From NCBI GenBank assembly GCA_964608675.1, contig CAZSOZ010000003.1, positions 32,001 to 96,000 on the forward strand: a stretch of 64,000 bases of DNA. The letters are read 5' to 3'. The notes below the pieces were generated by a model. It saw nothing but the letters and a program-made list of their open reading frames with translations. It had not been told where the DNA came from and ran no database searches. Origin of the DNA: an uncultured archaeon (GTDB taxonomy: Archaea > Iainarchaeota > Iainarchaeia > Iainarchaeales > 1-14-0-10-31-34). A program made the translations under genes and the position numbers. Of this stretch, positions 9,634 to 18,439 are shown piece after piece; positions within the stretch are counted from its first letter, which is position 1, and each line of letters begins with the position of its first letter.

Positions 9634-10281
9634 ATGCCTAAAAAACCCAGAAACCCAAAAAGAAGACTTTCTCCTGCAGGAAAAAGAAATCTTGCTAAAA
9701 GGCAAAAATTGCTTAATACAAATTTTTCTGTATTGGGAAAAAAAGCAAATTCAAGGAAAGAATATTTTCACAGATTGCAGGATTTGGCGTGGAAGCAGAT
9801 AGGAAAAGCAGATTTTTTGAGGTTGAAGAAAGGAGCAGGGCCTTTTTTGATTCCAAAAAAAGCAAATGTAAACAACTGGATTTTGAGAAAAACAATGCTG
9901 GATTTTTTTGCAAAAAATCCTAAAAAAAACATTCAGTTATTCAGGGATGCTTTTCGTTTTGAAGCAGATGAAAGTTTGAGAAAAGATGCAGTTAATTTAT
10001 TGAGGAAATCAAATGATAAAGCTTCAGCGCCGTTTATTTTAAGTGAATTAAAAAAAGAAGATAATGGATTGTATTTCAGGCTTTCTTGTGCTAAAGCTTT
10101 AAATAAACTTGGAGGAAAAAAAGAAAGAACTGAATTGCAGAGAATGCTTAAAGAAAAACATGAATTTGCTGAAACTCCTTTAATGTTCAGGCTTGCTTTG
10201 GCTTCAAGTCCTGCGGAATACAGGAAAGTTTTAAGGGAAATGAAGGAAAAAGAAATTATTTTTGATTTAAATCTGCATTAA
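9634..10281 (+). CDS. Orphan protein with basic Pro-rich N-terminus and HEAT/PBS-lyase-like repeats
   Basis: MPKKPRNPKRR start. The segments LRKDAVNLL and FRLSCAKALNKLG resemble HEAT repeats. Confidence 0.6.
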   Translation: MPKKPRNPKRRLSPAGKRNLAKRQKLLNTNFSVLGKKANSRKEYFHRLQDLAWKQIGKADFLRLKKGAGPFLIPKKANVNNWILRKTMLDFFAKNPKKNIQLFRDAFRFEADESLRKDAVNLLRKSNDKASAPFILSELKKEDNGLYFRLSCAKALNKLGGKKERTELQRMLKEKHEFAETPLMFRLALASSPAEYRKVLREMKEKEIIFDLNLH

Positions 10282-10291
10282 ATTCATTCAA

Positions 10292-11287
10292 TTATAGAAT
10301 TAATGCAAAATTATATGAAAGAATTCCTATGGGAATTAAAATCAAAGAGTAAACTAAAAATTTTTTTATTTGTCCTTCTTGGTTTGCAATAAACAGAGAA
10401 GAAATTAATGCGTATTCTATTATGTAAATTTGGTTTGCAAGCATTGAAGCAGAAATTAATTCATTTCTTTGAATTTCGTTCATTCCTAATCCGAGTTCTT
10501 CTATTCCTATGAAATTCATTTCCTGTACAAATCCTACAATTAAACCTAAAAGCATTGGGACAATTATTCCTCCTGCCAGAATTAAAGTATATTTTTGTAT
10601 GAATAAAGATGCAATTCTTTCTTTTATGATTGACTGGGTTTCAAGAATGTCTTCTGCGCTTTCTTTGAATACTTTGTTCATTTCTGCTCCTGATTTGTTT
10701 CCTTGAATTAACAAATTTAGTGCACGGGAAATTATTCTGCTTTTGCTTCTTTCTGAAATCCCTTGCAATGCTTTTTCTATTGTTTTTCCTTTTTGTATTT
10801 CGTTGAATGCTTTCCTGAATTCTTTTGAAATCAGACCGTAATCTGATTTTGAAATGTATTCAATTATTTTTATGATTGGAGTGCCTTTTGGAAAAATGCT
10901 TGCCTGAAGCAAAACATCAGGAATTATTTCTTCTTTTTCTTTTTTGTTTTTTTCAAATAAAAACAAATGATAAAAATAATGAGTTATTCCAGGAATAATA
11001 AAGCAAAAGCAAAACAGAAGAAATGAATAAAAAAAATTTAATTCTTGTAAAGAAGAAAATCCAATTGAAATTAAACCAAAAGCAAAACCTGTTCCCAAAT
11101 ACCATTTAATTATTTGTTTTGAATTCAGTGTACAGTTGTTTTCTTTTAAAATCTGAGTGAATTCATTTATTTTTTTCCATTCAAAAAAATTAATTTGGTT
11201 TTCAGGATATTTTGTTTTGTTTTTTTGTTTTAGTTTTTTGAATTCTTTTCTTGTTTTTTGAATTATTTTTTTTATTTTTTTATTCAT
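10292..11287 (-). CDS. Type II secretion system F / TadC-like membrane platform protein
   Basis: YGLISKEFRKAFNEIQKGKTIEKAL T2SSF-type domain between TM helices. Confidence 0.85.
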   Translation of the reverse strand: MNKKIKKIIQKTRKEFKKLKQKNKTKYPENQINFFEWKKINEFTQILKENNCTLNSKQIIKWYLGTGFAFGLISIGFSSLQELNFFYSFLLFCFCFIIPGITHYFYHLFLFEKNKKEKEEIIPDVLLQASIFPKGTPIIKIIEYISKSDYGLISKEFRKAFNEIQKGKTIEKALQGISERSKSRIISRALNLLIQGNKSGAEMNKVFKESAEDILETQSIIKERIASLFIQKYTLILAGGIIVPMLLGLIVGFVQEMNFIGIEELGLGMNEIQRNELISASMLANQIYIIEYALISSLFIANQEGQIKKFLVYSLILIPIGILSYNFALIL

Positions 11288-11292
11288 TTTTT

Positions 11293-12078
11293 TTATTCCT
11301 TCATAAATTCAGGAGTTTTGCTTTTTATCAGCAGAAGTATTCCTGAATTAATTAATGGAAAAAGAATTACTGTGATGAACAGAATCTGGCTTGCAGTGAA
11401 ATCCAATTCCATAAAAGTGCTTCCAATTGAAACAAACGCCTGAAAAAAAGCAGGAATTATTGCAGACAAAACTATGAACACAACTGAATACATTGTCATT
11501 TTGGATGTAAATTCTTTTGATTCTGTTTTTTGTCTGGAAAGCAGTTCTTTTGCCAGCTGTTTTATTGGTTCTCCTTTTTCGTGGGAGCCATGTTCGTAAA
11601 TGCTTATAATTTGTGAAACACTTCTTTTCAGTATTTTTGAGTCAATTCTTTCGCTTAAATTAAATAATGCTTTTTGTATTGTTGCTCCGGCTTTTATTTC
11701 TTGAACGCATTTTTTTATTTCTTCTGAAAATTCTCCGTATTCGTCAGTTAAATTTTCAAGTATTTTTTCAAAGCTTAAATTAATGTTTAATTCAACTGAC
11801 ATTGCCATTAAAGCAAAAGGCAGATGCTTTTCAATTTTTTTTGCTTTTTTTTTCTTTAAAATAAACGGGATTTTTAATGCAACAAAAATTCCTGAAAGAA
11901 AAACAAGGATTCCTGAAAACAATGCAGTTGTAAGTTTTGTAAATGCAAAAACGCTTATCAATGAAATAATTCCTGCTGTAAGGGAATACTTTACTGCTTT
12001 TTTTGTGAATTCTTTTTCAGTTAAATTTATTCCTGCTTTTTTTAAGTTTTTTTCTTTTGCCAGAAAAATTTTTTTCAT
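11293..12078 (-). CDS. Type II secretion system F / TadB-like membrane platform protein
   Basis: LPFAL...YGEFSEEIKKCVQEIKAGATIQKAL T2SSF-type domain. Confidence 0.85.
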   Translation of the reverse strand: MKKIFLAKEKNLKKAGINLTEKEFTKKAVKYSLTAGIISLISVFAFTKLTTALFSGILVFLSGIFVALKIPFILKKKKAKKIEKHLPFALMAMSVELNINLSFEKILENLTDEYGEFSEEIKKCVQEIKAGATIQKALFNLSERIDSKILKRSVSQIISIYEHGSHEKGEPIKQLAKELLSRQKTESKEFTSKMTMYSVVFIVLSAIIPAFFQAFVSIGSTFMELDFTASQILFITVILFPLINSGILLLIKSKTPEFMKE

Positions 12079-12080
12079 TT

Positions 12081-13496
12081 TTAGTTCCCTATTTTTTTAT
12101 GAAATTCTTTCATTGAAATATTTTTTCCTTTCATTTTTTCCAGGATTTTTTTTCTTTTTTTTATTTCTTTTCTGAATTCTTTTTCTGTGAACCCAAAGCA
12201 TTGTTTGATTTTGTTTTTGATTCTGATGCTTTCGTTTTTTTTAATTAATTTTTTTCGTTTGAAGTCGAATTCAAATAAAATATTCAGTTTTGTTTTTGCG
12301 TTTTCTTCTGTTATTTCTGCTGCTTCAATTACGTGCCTTTCTTCTTTTTTGATTCCTTTTTTTAAGTCAATGGAATTCCATCTTTTTTGCACTAAAACCA
12401 AGTCAATGGAATTCAAATCCATTTCCATTAATCCTAAATTTTTCATTCTGGTAATAAATTCTTTTGCGCTTAATGCGTGAACTGTTGCATAACTTCCTTT
12501 TCCTTGTCCTGCAAGCAGTGTGTCAATGAATGCTTTTGCTTCTTTTTTTTCTCTTATTTCTCCTACAATTATTCTGTCAGGGCGCATTCTCAGAGTGTTT
12601 ATAATTAATTCCTGCATTTCTATTCCAAGGTTTTCTGCTGTATTCAGTTTTATTGAATGTTCTTGGGGAAGACAGATTTCAGGAGTTTCTTCTGTAATAA
12701 TAATTCTTTCTTTGCTGTCTGCAAAAGAAAACAAGGCATTCATGGTTGTTGTTTTTCCGCTTCCTGTGTTTCCTGCTATAACAATACTTGTGTCTGTCTG
12801 AAGTGCAAGCCATAAAAATGCAGTTAATTCAACTGAAAATGTTTTGTTTTCAATTAATTCAATCGGAGTAAACGGGTTTTCGTTGAATTTTCTTATAGTT
12901 ATGTTTGGAGTTTTGGATACAGGAAGCGTTATTGCATTAATTCTTTCTCCGTTAGGCAGAACTGAATTTAATTTTGGATTCTGCAAAGTAAGTCTTCTGC
13001 CAATGGTTCTTGACATTTTGTTTGCTAAATTCACTATTTCTTCTTGTGTCTGGTAAAGCAGATTAGTTTTAATCCAGCCAAAATTTTTTTTGAATACAAA
13101 AACATTTTTGTTTTTTCCGATTATGCTGATTTCTTCAATTGAATTGTCTTTCAGCAGGAAATCCATTGCTCCAAATCCAAACACAATTGATTCAACTGCT
13201 TTTTTTATGTAAAAATTTTGTTTTTCTTCAAGTTTAATCCATTCTTTTTCGCAGTATAAATTAATTTGTTTTTGAATTTCTTCTTTTTGAATTTTTTCTT
13301 CTTTTTGTATTTCTTCAGTTATTTTTTTTACTGCTTCTTTTTCTTGTTCAGAAAAACAAGGGATTTCAGTAATCAGATAATATAGTTCTCCTTCAAAATC
13401 TTGAATTAATTCTGTTTCATTTCGTTTTTCGATTATTTTTCTTTTCTTTTTTTCAGGAAAATTTTGAACAAAAAAACCTAATGCTGTTTCAGCCAT
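12081..13496 (-). CDS. CpaF/TadA/VirB11-family secretion ATPase
   Basis: ITIRKF motif, Walker A GNTGSGKT, EETPE Asp box, LRMRPDRIIVGE Walker B, His box TVHA. Confidence 0.93.
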   Translation of the reverse strand: MAETALGFFVQNFPEKKKRKIIEKRNETELIQDFEGELYYLITEIPCFSEQEKEAVKKITEEIQKEEKIQKEEIQKQINLYCEKEWIKLEEKQNFYIKKAVESIVFGFGAMDFLLKDNSIEEISIIGKNKNVFVFKKNFGWIKTNLLYQTQEEIVNLANKMSRTIGRRLTLQNPKLNSVLPNGERINAITLPVSKTPNITIRKFNENPFTPIELIENKTFSVELTAFLWLALQTDTSIVIAGNTGSGKTTTMNALFSFADSKERIIITEETPEICLPQEHSIKLNTAENLGIEMQELIINTLRMRPDRIIVGEIREKKEAKAFIDTLLAGQGKGSYATVHALSAKEFITRMKNLGLMEMDLNSIDLVLVQKRWNSIDLKKGIKKEERHVIEAAEITEENAKTKLNILFEFDFKRKKLIKKNESIRIKNKIKQCFGFTEKEFRKEIKKRKKILEKMKGKNISMKEFHKKIGN

Positions 13497-13618
13497 GCAT
13501 TAATTCAAATTCAAGAGAATTAAAATGGCTTTATTTCGTTAATCCACGAAAAAATTTCAAAGAATATAAACCTTTCTGTTATGTAGCATTTATATTGTTT
13601 TTTTCTTGGATTTTATTT

Positions 13619-14014
13619 ATGGCTTCAGTTTTTTTTAATTATTTTTTGGAGCAGTTTAATTTCTGGCTTTGGATGCTTATTGCAGTAATTATTTTTTTGA
13701 CTCTTGCAAACAATAAAGGCTGGAAGAAAGCCTATTTTTTGGTGATAATTATTGGTTTTCTTGTTTTGGGCAAGCTTATTAATGACTGGTTTGTTTCTAC
13801 TGCTTTAATTGCTGGCTGGCTTTTGATTTTTAATTTGGATTTTTTTGTTTCTAAAGCTGTTTTGTTTTCTGCTATGATTGCCCTTGTTTTTTTAGGTGTG
13901 TCAAGTCCTTTATTTTATTTAATTGTTTTTGTTTTATGGATTATAATAATGTGGTTTTTTATTAGTTCAACTTTTAGTGCTTTTTATTCTGAACAAACCA
14001 CAAAAAAAAAATAA
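13619..14014 (+). CDS. Small hypothetical membrane protein
   Basis: ATG at 13619 (MASVFFNYF) avoids overlap with the ATPase gene. 4-5 TM segments. Confidence 0.65.
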   Translation: MASVFFNYFLEQFNFWLWMLIAVIIFLTLANNKGWKKAYFLVIIIGFLVLGKLINDWFVSTALIAGWLLIFNLDFFVSKAVLFSAMIALVFLGVSSPLFYLIVFVLWIIIMWFFISSTFSAFYSEQTTKKK

Positions 14015-14097
14015 ATAAGGATTGCTAAGTTTTTTTGATTGTTTTTGTTTGGATTCCAAACAACGAAAAGTTATTAAAGGAAAAAGCTCTATTTTAA

Positions 14098-14181
14098 GTC
14101 GGGTATATCACCCCGGATTCTGCAAAGGAAGACAACAAAAGGCAAAGGAGGAAAGTTTTAAACTTTCCTCTTTCTTTTTTT
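14098..14181 (+). ncRNA. Candidate small structured RNA
   Basis: BRE/TATA (CGAAAAG TTATTAAA, 14064-14078) lies ~27 nt upstream of GC-richer paired segments and a GCAA tetraloop. Ends in a hairpin plus U-run. Sits between convergent genes. Confidence 0.45.
14148..14181 (+). terminator. Hairpin plus T-tract terminator-like element
   Basis: GAGGAAAGTTT-T-AAACTTTCCTC perfect inverted repeat followed by TTTCTTTTTTT. Confidence 0.7.
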
Positions 14182-14192
14182 AATCAGTTTTT

Positions 14193-14552
14193 TTATGAAA
14201 ATTCTTGCCATTCTAATTCGTCATTTAATTCAATTTTTTTTCCAATTGTTCCTGCAAGAAATTCAATGAAATACTTTGAAGGAGTTTTTGGAGTGTAATT
14301 TAAGCTCCAAGGCATAAAATTGTATTTGATGTCAACTACTTTTTTGTTTGAATCAAGGTAAACTACATCGATTGAATAAAAAACAAACAGCATGTGAATG
14401 CTTGCATTTAGTTTCCCTTCTTTTTCCAGTTCAAAAATAAGTGCATAATCAGGTTTTTTTGAAAACATTAATCCTTTAAAACGTTTAAAAAAAGAATCTG
14501 CAATTTTTGTTTTTTTTATTACTTTTAATTTTTTTGTTTTATTGAACAACAT
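14193..14552 (-). CDS. DUF192 family protein
   Basis: ADSFFKRFKGLMF and IHMLFVFYSIDVVYLD signature motifs. Confidence 0.9.
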   Translation of the reverse strand: MLFNKTKKLKVIKKTKIADSFFKRFKGLMFSKKPDYALIFELEKEGKLNASIHMLFVFYSIDVVYLDSNKKVVDIKYNFMPWSLNYTPKTPSKYFIEFLAGTIGKKIELNDELEWQEFS

Positions 14553-14557
14553 TAAAA

Positions 14558-14773
14558 TCAGTCGTCTTCTAGTGCCTCTAAGGTTGGAACTTTTAATTCT
14601 TCTAGTTTGTGTTTGGTTTTTTCTGCTTCTGAATAAATTTTTTCAGGGCTTTCTTTGATTTTGGATGCACTGGTTTTTAGTTTGTGCATTTCTTTTCTGG
14701 ATATAGTTAATTCTTCCAGTTTTTTTATTATTTCTTTTGCTTTTTTTTCATTTATTTCTTCCAGTTCTTTCAT
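14558..14773 (-). CDS. Small coiled-coil hypothetical protein
   Basis: 71-aa ORF ending 5 nt before DUF192, same strand. Confidence 0.55.
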   Translation of the reverse strand: MKELEEINEKKAKEIIKKLEELTISRKEMHKLKTSASKIKESPEKIYSEAEKTKHKLEELKVPTLEALEDD

Positions 14774-14901
14774 GTTTTTTATATTGTTTTTTTTATTATT
14801 TAAAGAGATAGGTTTAAATTTAATTAATTCCTATAATATTCATTTAAAATGTTTTTTACTAGAAATAATTAATCAAATCGTATTTGAAAAAGGTATTTTT
14901 T

Positions 14902-15594
14902 ATGTTGAATTCTGTTGCTTTTATTCCTGATGGAAACAGAAGGTATGCTTTGTCAAACAATATTCCTTTATTTCAGTCTTATCAAATGGGAACCAGAAAA
15001 GCATGGGATGTAATTGACTGGCTTAAATCTTATCCAAAAATTAAGGTTGGAACTTTTTATACTCTTTCTTTGGAAAATTTAACCAGAAATAAAGCTGAAT
15101 TAAAGATTTTGTTTTCAATTTTTGAAAGAGAATTAGATAAAGTAATTAACACAAACTATCTTCAGGAAAATGAAATAAAATTAAAGTTTGTAGGACGCCT
15201 TAACGATTTTCCTGAAAAAATAAGAAACAAGATTTTTAAGGCAGAGAAATCAACTGAAAACAATAAAGGAAAAACAATTAATTTGGCTTTGGGTTATAAT
15301 GGTCAGACAGAAATAGTTGATGCAGCAAAAAAAATTGCTTTGGCTCATAAAAATGGACTTGACTTGAATTCTTTGAATGAAAAAGAATTCAAAAAATATT
15401 TGTATTCTGATTTTGCTGACCCTGATTTAATTGTAAGAACTTCAGGAACTCAAAGGCTTTCAGGTTTTTTGACTTATCAAAGCAGTTATTCTGAATTATA
15501 TTTTTCTAAAAAATTTTGGCCTGAATTTTCAAAACAAGAATTAGCTTCTGCAGTAAATGAATACGAGCAAAGGCAAAGACGTTTCGGTAAATAG
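14902..15594 (+). CDS. uppS: cis-prenyltransferase (polyprenyl diphosphate synthase)
   Basis: IPDGNRR, SLEN, YNGQTEI and PDLIVRTSGTQRLSGFL motifs. ATG at 14902. Confidence 0.95.
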   Translation: MLNSVAFIPDGNRRYALSNNIPLFQSYQMGTRKAWDVIDWLKSYPKIKVGTFYTLSLENLTRNKAELKILFSIFERELDKVINTNYLQENEIKLKFVGRLNDFPEKIRNKIFKAEKSTENNKGKTINLALGYNGQTEIVDAAKKIALAHKNGLDLNSLNEKEFKKYLYSDFADPDLIVRTSGTQRLSGFLTYQSSYSELYFSKKFWPEFSKQELASAVNEYEQRQRRFGK

Positions 15595-15627
15595 GCTTTT
15601 ATGTTAAGCATGCATGCCAATAAATCT

Positions 15628-15652
15628 AGCTATTTCGTTTCACTCAATAGCT
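15628..15652. repeat. Short REP-like hairpin AGCTATT-TCGTTTCACTC-AATAGCT
   Basis: 7-bp perfect inverted repeat between uppS and the tRNA. Confidence 0.5.
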
Positions 15653-15695
15653 TATTAATATTTAATTGTTTTTTTTATTAGTTATTATTCTTGTT

Positions 15696-15768
15696 AGCCC
15701 CGTAGTCTAGTGGCCAAGGATGCGAGGTTCTGGACCTTGTGACAGGAGTTCGAATCTCCTCGGGGCTA
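15696..15768 (+). tRNA. tRNA-Gln(CTG)
   Basis: Acceptor stem AGCCCCG/CGGGGCT (A1:U72), anticodon arm CGAGG-TT CTG GA-CCTTG, T-loop GTTCGAATC. No encoded CCA and no intron. Confidence 0.97.
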
Positions 15769-15793
15769 TTAATTTTTTTAAAAAGGAAAATTT

Positions 15794-16275
15794 ATGTTTT
15801 TCAAAAAGTATTCAAAAGAGATTCAGCAGTGTTTTCAATGAATTTATAAAAAAGCCATGGATTGCGGTTGTTTCATTTTTGATATTTATTTTTTTTATTA
15901 TTCCTTTATTAAACCTGTTTTTGTCTAAACAACTTCTTGATTTTATGTTTGGATTTTCTGTTTTAGTTATCCTTGTTTCAATAGTGTTTACTTTTTCTTC
16001 TTATAAACAGAACACTATAAAGAATTCTTTGGTATTTAAAGGAGATTATTATTTGTCTTCTGTTGACGTGTCAGCTGGCTTAATGCAGTATCAGGAATAA
16101 GCATTTTAATAATTTTTTTTGCTACTGTTTTTTCTATTTTAATTGACTTGGCTGTATTGTGTTTTAACATTTTGTTGCTTTTTGGGGGCTTTTATTTGAT
16201 ATTATTGCAAAATTTGTTCAGATGCAGAAAAAAATTTAATCCGCTTAATTTATTTCACTTGTATATTTTGTCATG
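15794..16275 (+). pseudogene. Frameshifted remnant of a multi-TM membrane protein
   Basis: ATG at 15794 joins the hydrophobic frame only if one T is removed from the following T5 run. A further hydrophobic segment continues in a different frame from ~16067. Confidence 0.5.
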
Positions 16276-16512
16276 ATGGTCATAATCTTCTATTACAATA
16301 GTTTTTTCTTTGATAGAATAAATCAAAACAAAAGACCCAAATGTATGGACTCTTCTTTTATTTTGCATTGGTTTTTTTAAAGGTTTAAACACAAAAGGAT
16401 TTTCTAAAATTTGTTTTATTTTCTTTTTTACGGCTTTTTCTTGTGTTGGGTCTCTTTTTGCAATTTTTTCTAAAGTTTTTTCTACATGTTTTCTGATTTC
16501 AAGTTTGTACAA
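16255..16512 (-). CDS. relE: RelE/ParE-family toxin
   Basis: 85 aa, basic: MYKLE..., ENPFVFKPLK, RRVHTFGSFVLIYSI, DYDHHDKIYK. TTG start, directly downstream of an antitoxin. Confidence 0.85.
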   Translation of the reverse strand: MYKLEIRKHVEKTLEKIAKRDPTQEKAVKKKIKQILENPFVFKPLKKPMQNKRRVHTFGSFVLIYSIKEKTIVIEDYDHHDKIYK

Positions 16513-16518
16513 TGAGAA

Positions 16519-16761
16519 TCATCTCTTGCGCAGTTTTTCAAAATATTGATCGATATTTTTTACTTTAATTGTTTTTTCTTTTTCAATTTTTTTGAGCTTT
16601 TCAAGGTATTCTGGTCTAAGCTCTGGTTCAAGCAACTCTTTTTCGTATTCTTCAGCCATTTTATTTATTGCTTCACTTTTATCTCTTAAATCGTATTTTG
16701 CTTTGATAATGTTAATTACATGATTAGCTTTTTCATTTATTTTTACTATTGCAGTAGGCAT
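16519..16761 (-). CDS. Antitoxin, DUF2683-like
   Basis: INIIKAKYDLRDKSEAIN...EPELRPEY motif, located directly upstream of the RelE gene. Confidence 0.8.
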   Translation of the reverse strand: MPTAIVKINEKANHVINIIKAKYDLRDKSEAINKMAEEYEKELLEPELRPEYLEKLKKIEKEKTIKVKNIDQYFEKLRKR

Positions 16762-16770
16762 ATTATCACC

Positions 16771-16791
16771 ATATTAATATAGTATTAATAT
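16771..16791. promoter_or_regulatory. Candidate TA operator (ATATTAATA-tag-TATTAATAT)
   Basis: 9-bp inverted repeat just upstream of the antitoxin SD. AT-only, so weak support. Confidence 0.4.
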
Positions 16792-16810
16792 TGTATTAAA
16801 AAACTTTCTT

Positions 16811-17950
16811 TTAAGAAAAAGCAAACTTTAAACCGGTTGGAATCAAACTCCATTTGCTTGGAGACCACATCATTTTTCCGATAAATTTTGATGGAAAATC
16901 CATGTCTCCGTGTTTTTCTAAAAATTCTTCCATTTTGGCTTTTTTAAATTTTAAAAACAAGTCATTTATTTGTTTGTCATTTAATGAATTAAAGTATTTT
17001 CTGATTTTCCAGTGCATTTCAAGTTCTTTATTTAATTCACTTAAATTTTTCCAGTAATCTGTTAAAGGTTTTTTGTGTTTTAAATGGTTTGAAATAGTTT
17101 TAACTAAAATGTCTGATGCCATGCTTCCTGTTATTATTCCTCCGCCTGTTGTTGCTTTGGTTTGATATGCTGCATCTCCTACTAAAAACAAATTATTTTT
17201 TTGTATTTCTTTTGAAGGTTTGGTTATTGGAATAACAAAAGCTGATTCACTTAATACTTCTATGTCCATGTTTGAAATAAATTTTTGAAGGGCTTCCCGT
17301 GCATTAATTTTTCCGTTTACTCCTAATCCTATTCTTGCAGTTGATTTGTTTTCCGGAATAACCCATGCAAAAAATCCTTTGCAGAATTCTCCTAAGTGAA
17401 CTTCAACTAATTTGTTTTGAAATGAACCTTTTGCTTTTATTTGGTATGTTCTTACAAAACCTTTTGGGTTAATTTTGTCCATTACCAGCCTTCTTGTTTT
17501 TGATGCTGCTCCGTCTGCTCCAATCACGAATTTTGTTTTTAGCATTTCTCCTCTGTTTTCATGCTGAACAAAAACTGTTTCTTTTCTTGAATCAATTAAT
17601 CTCGTGTTTTTTTTTATTTCTATTCCTTTGCTTTCAGCTTTTTTTTCAAGGCTTTTATCTAATTCTTTTCTGTCAATTAAGTAAGCTACTGGTTCTTTTC
17701 TTTCAATTTGTATTTTTGTTTTGTCTGGAGAAAAAATTTTTGCTCCATAAATCTTGTTTATTGTTACATTTGAAACATCTATTTTGTTTCTTTTTAACCC
17801 GCTGGAGCTTAATAATCCTGAACAGTTTTCAGGAACGCCAACTTCTTTGTGGTCTTCTATTACTGTTACATCCCAGCCTTGGTCTTTTAATCCTGTTGCT
17901 GTTCTTAAGCCAATGGGGCCTGCTCCTACTACAGTAATCATTTTTTCCAT
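16811..17950 (-). CDS. Geranylgeranyl reductase-family FAD oxidoreductase
   Basis: GAGPIG Rossmann motif, ENCSG, DRKELD, GADG, FAWVIP, LVGDAA..TGGGI. Confidence 0.9.
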   Translation of the reverse strand: MEKMITVVGAGPIGLRTATGLKDQGWDVTVIEDHKEVGVPENCSGLLSSSGLKRNKIDVSNVTINKIYGAKIFSPDKTKIQIERKEPVAYLIDRKELDKSLEKKAESKGIEIKKNTRLIDSRKETVFVQHENRGEMLKTKFVIGADGAASKTRRLVMDKINPKGFVRTYQIKAKGSFQNKLVEVHLGEFCKGFFAWVIPENKSTARIGLGVNGKINAREALQKFISNMDIEVLSESAFVIPITKPSKEIQKNNLFLVGDAAYQTKATTGGGIITGSMASDILVKTISNHLKHKKPLTDYWKNLSELNKELEMHWKIRKYFNSLNDKQINDLFLKFKKAKMEEFLEKHGDMDFPSKFIGKMMWSPSKWSLIPTGLKFAFS

Positions 17951-18052
17951 TTAAATCACTTTTATTAATATTATTAAACTGTTTTTTTTAATGCTTTGTT
18001 TTCTTTTTTTTCCTGGGAACTTTTAAAAATAGTTTCTATTTATTAATATTTC

Positions 18053-18433
18053 ATGCCTTTGATTGAATTGGTTTTTGGTTTAATTGCATTGTTTTTGGTT
18101 ATTACTTTGCCCGGCTATTTTTTGTCTTTGGGTTTTTTTCCAAACAAAAATGAAATTGATTCAATTGAAAGATTTACTTTTTCTTTGGTTTTTTCTATTG
18201 CTTTTCTGCCTTTGATTGTTTTGATTGAAAACATGGTTTTTGGAATTCCAATTAATTTTACTTCAAGTATTGCGTCTGTTTTGCTGTTAATTATTTTTGG
18301 TTTAATTTCTTGGATGATTAGAACGCAGAAAATTTCTGTTCCTGAACCACTTTATTTTGTTTTTCCTAAAATTGAAAAACAAAATTCAGTTGACTTATTT
18401 TTTGTTTCTTTTTTTAAAAGAAAAAAAAGTTAA
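18053..18433 (+). CDS. DUF1616-like membrane protein
   Basis: LPGYFLSLGFFP...ERFTFSLVFS motif. Confidence 0.75.
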   Translation: MPLIELVFGLIALFLVITLPGYFLSLGFFPNKNEIDSIERFTFSLVFSIAFLPLIVLIENMVFGIPINFTSSIASVLLLIIFGLISWMIRTQKISVPEPLYFVFPKIEKQNSVDLFFVSFFKRKKS

Positions 18434-18439
18434 GGAGAT

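Noticed and set aside
15720-16100. 126-aa ORF as supplied
   Set aside because: Its ATG lies inside the tRNA. The downstream part is better explained as a pseudogene starting at 15794.
17961-18050. TATTAATA repeats resembling the TA operator in the GGR/DUF1616 gap
   Set aside because: AT-only 8-mers are expected by chance in this genome and overlap likely TATA elements.
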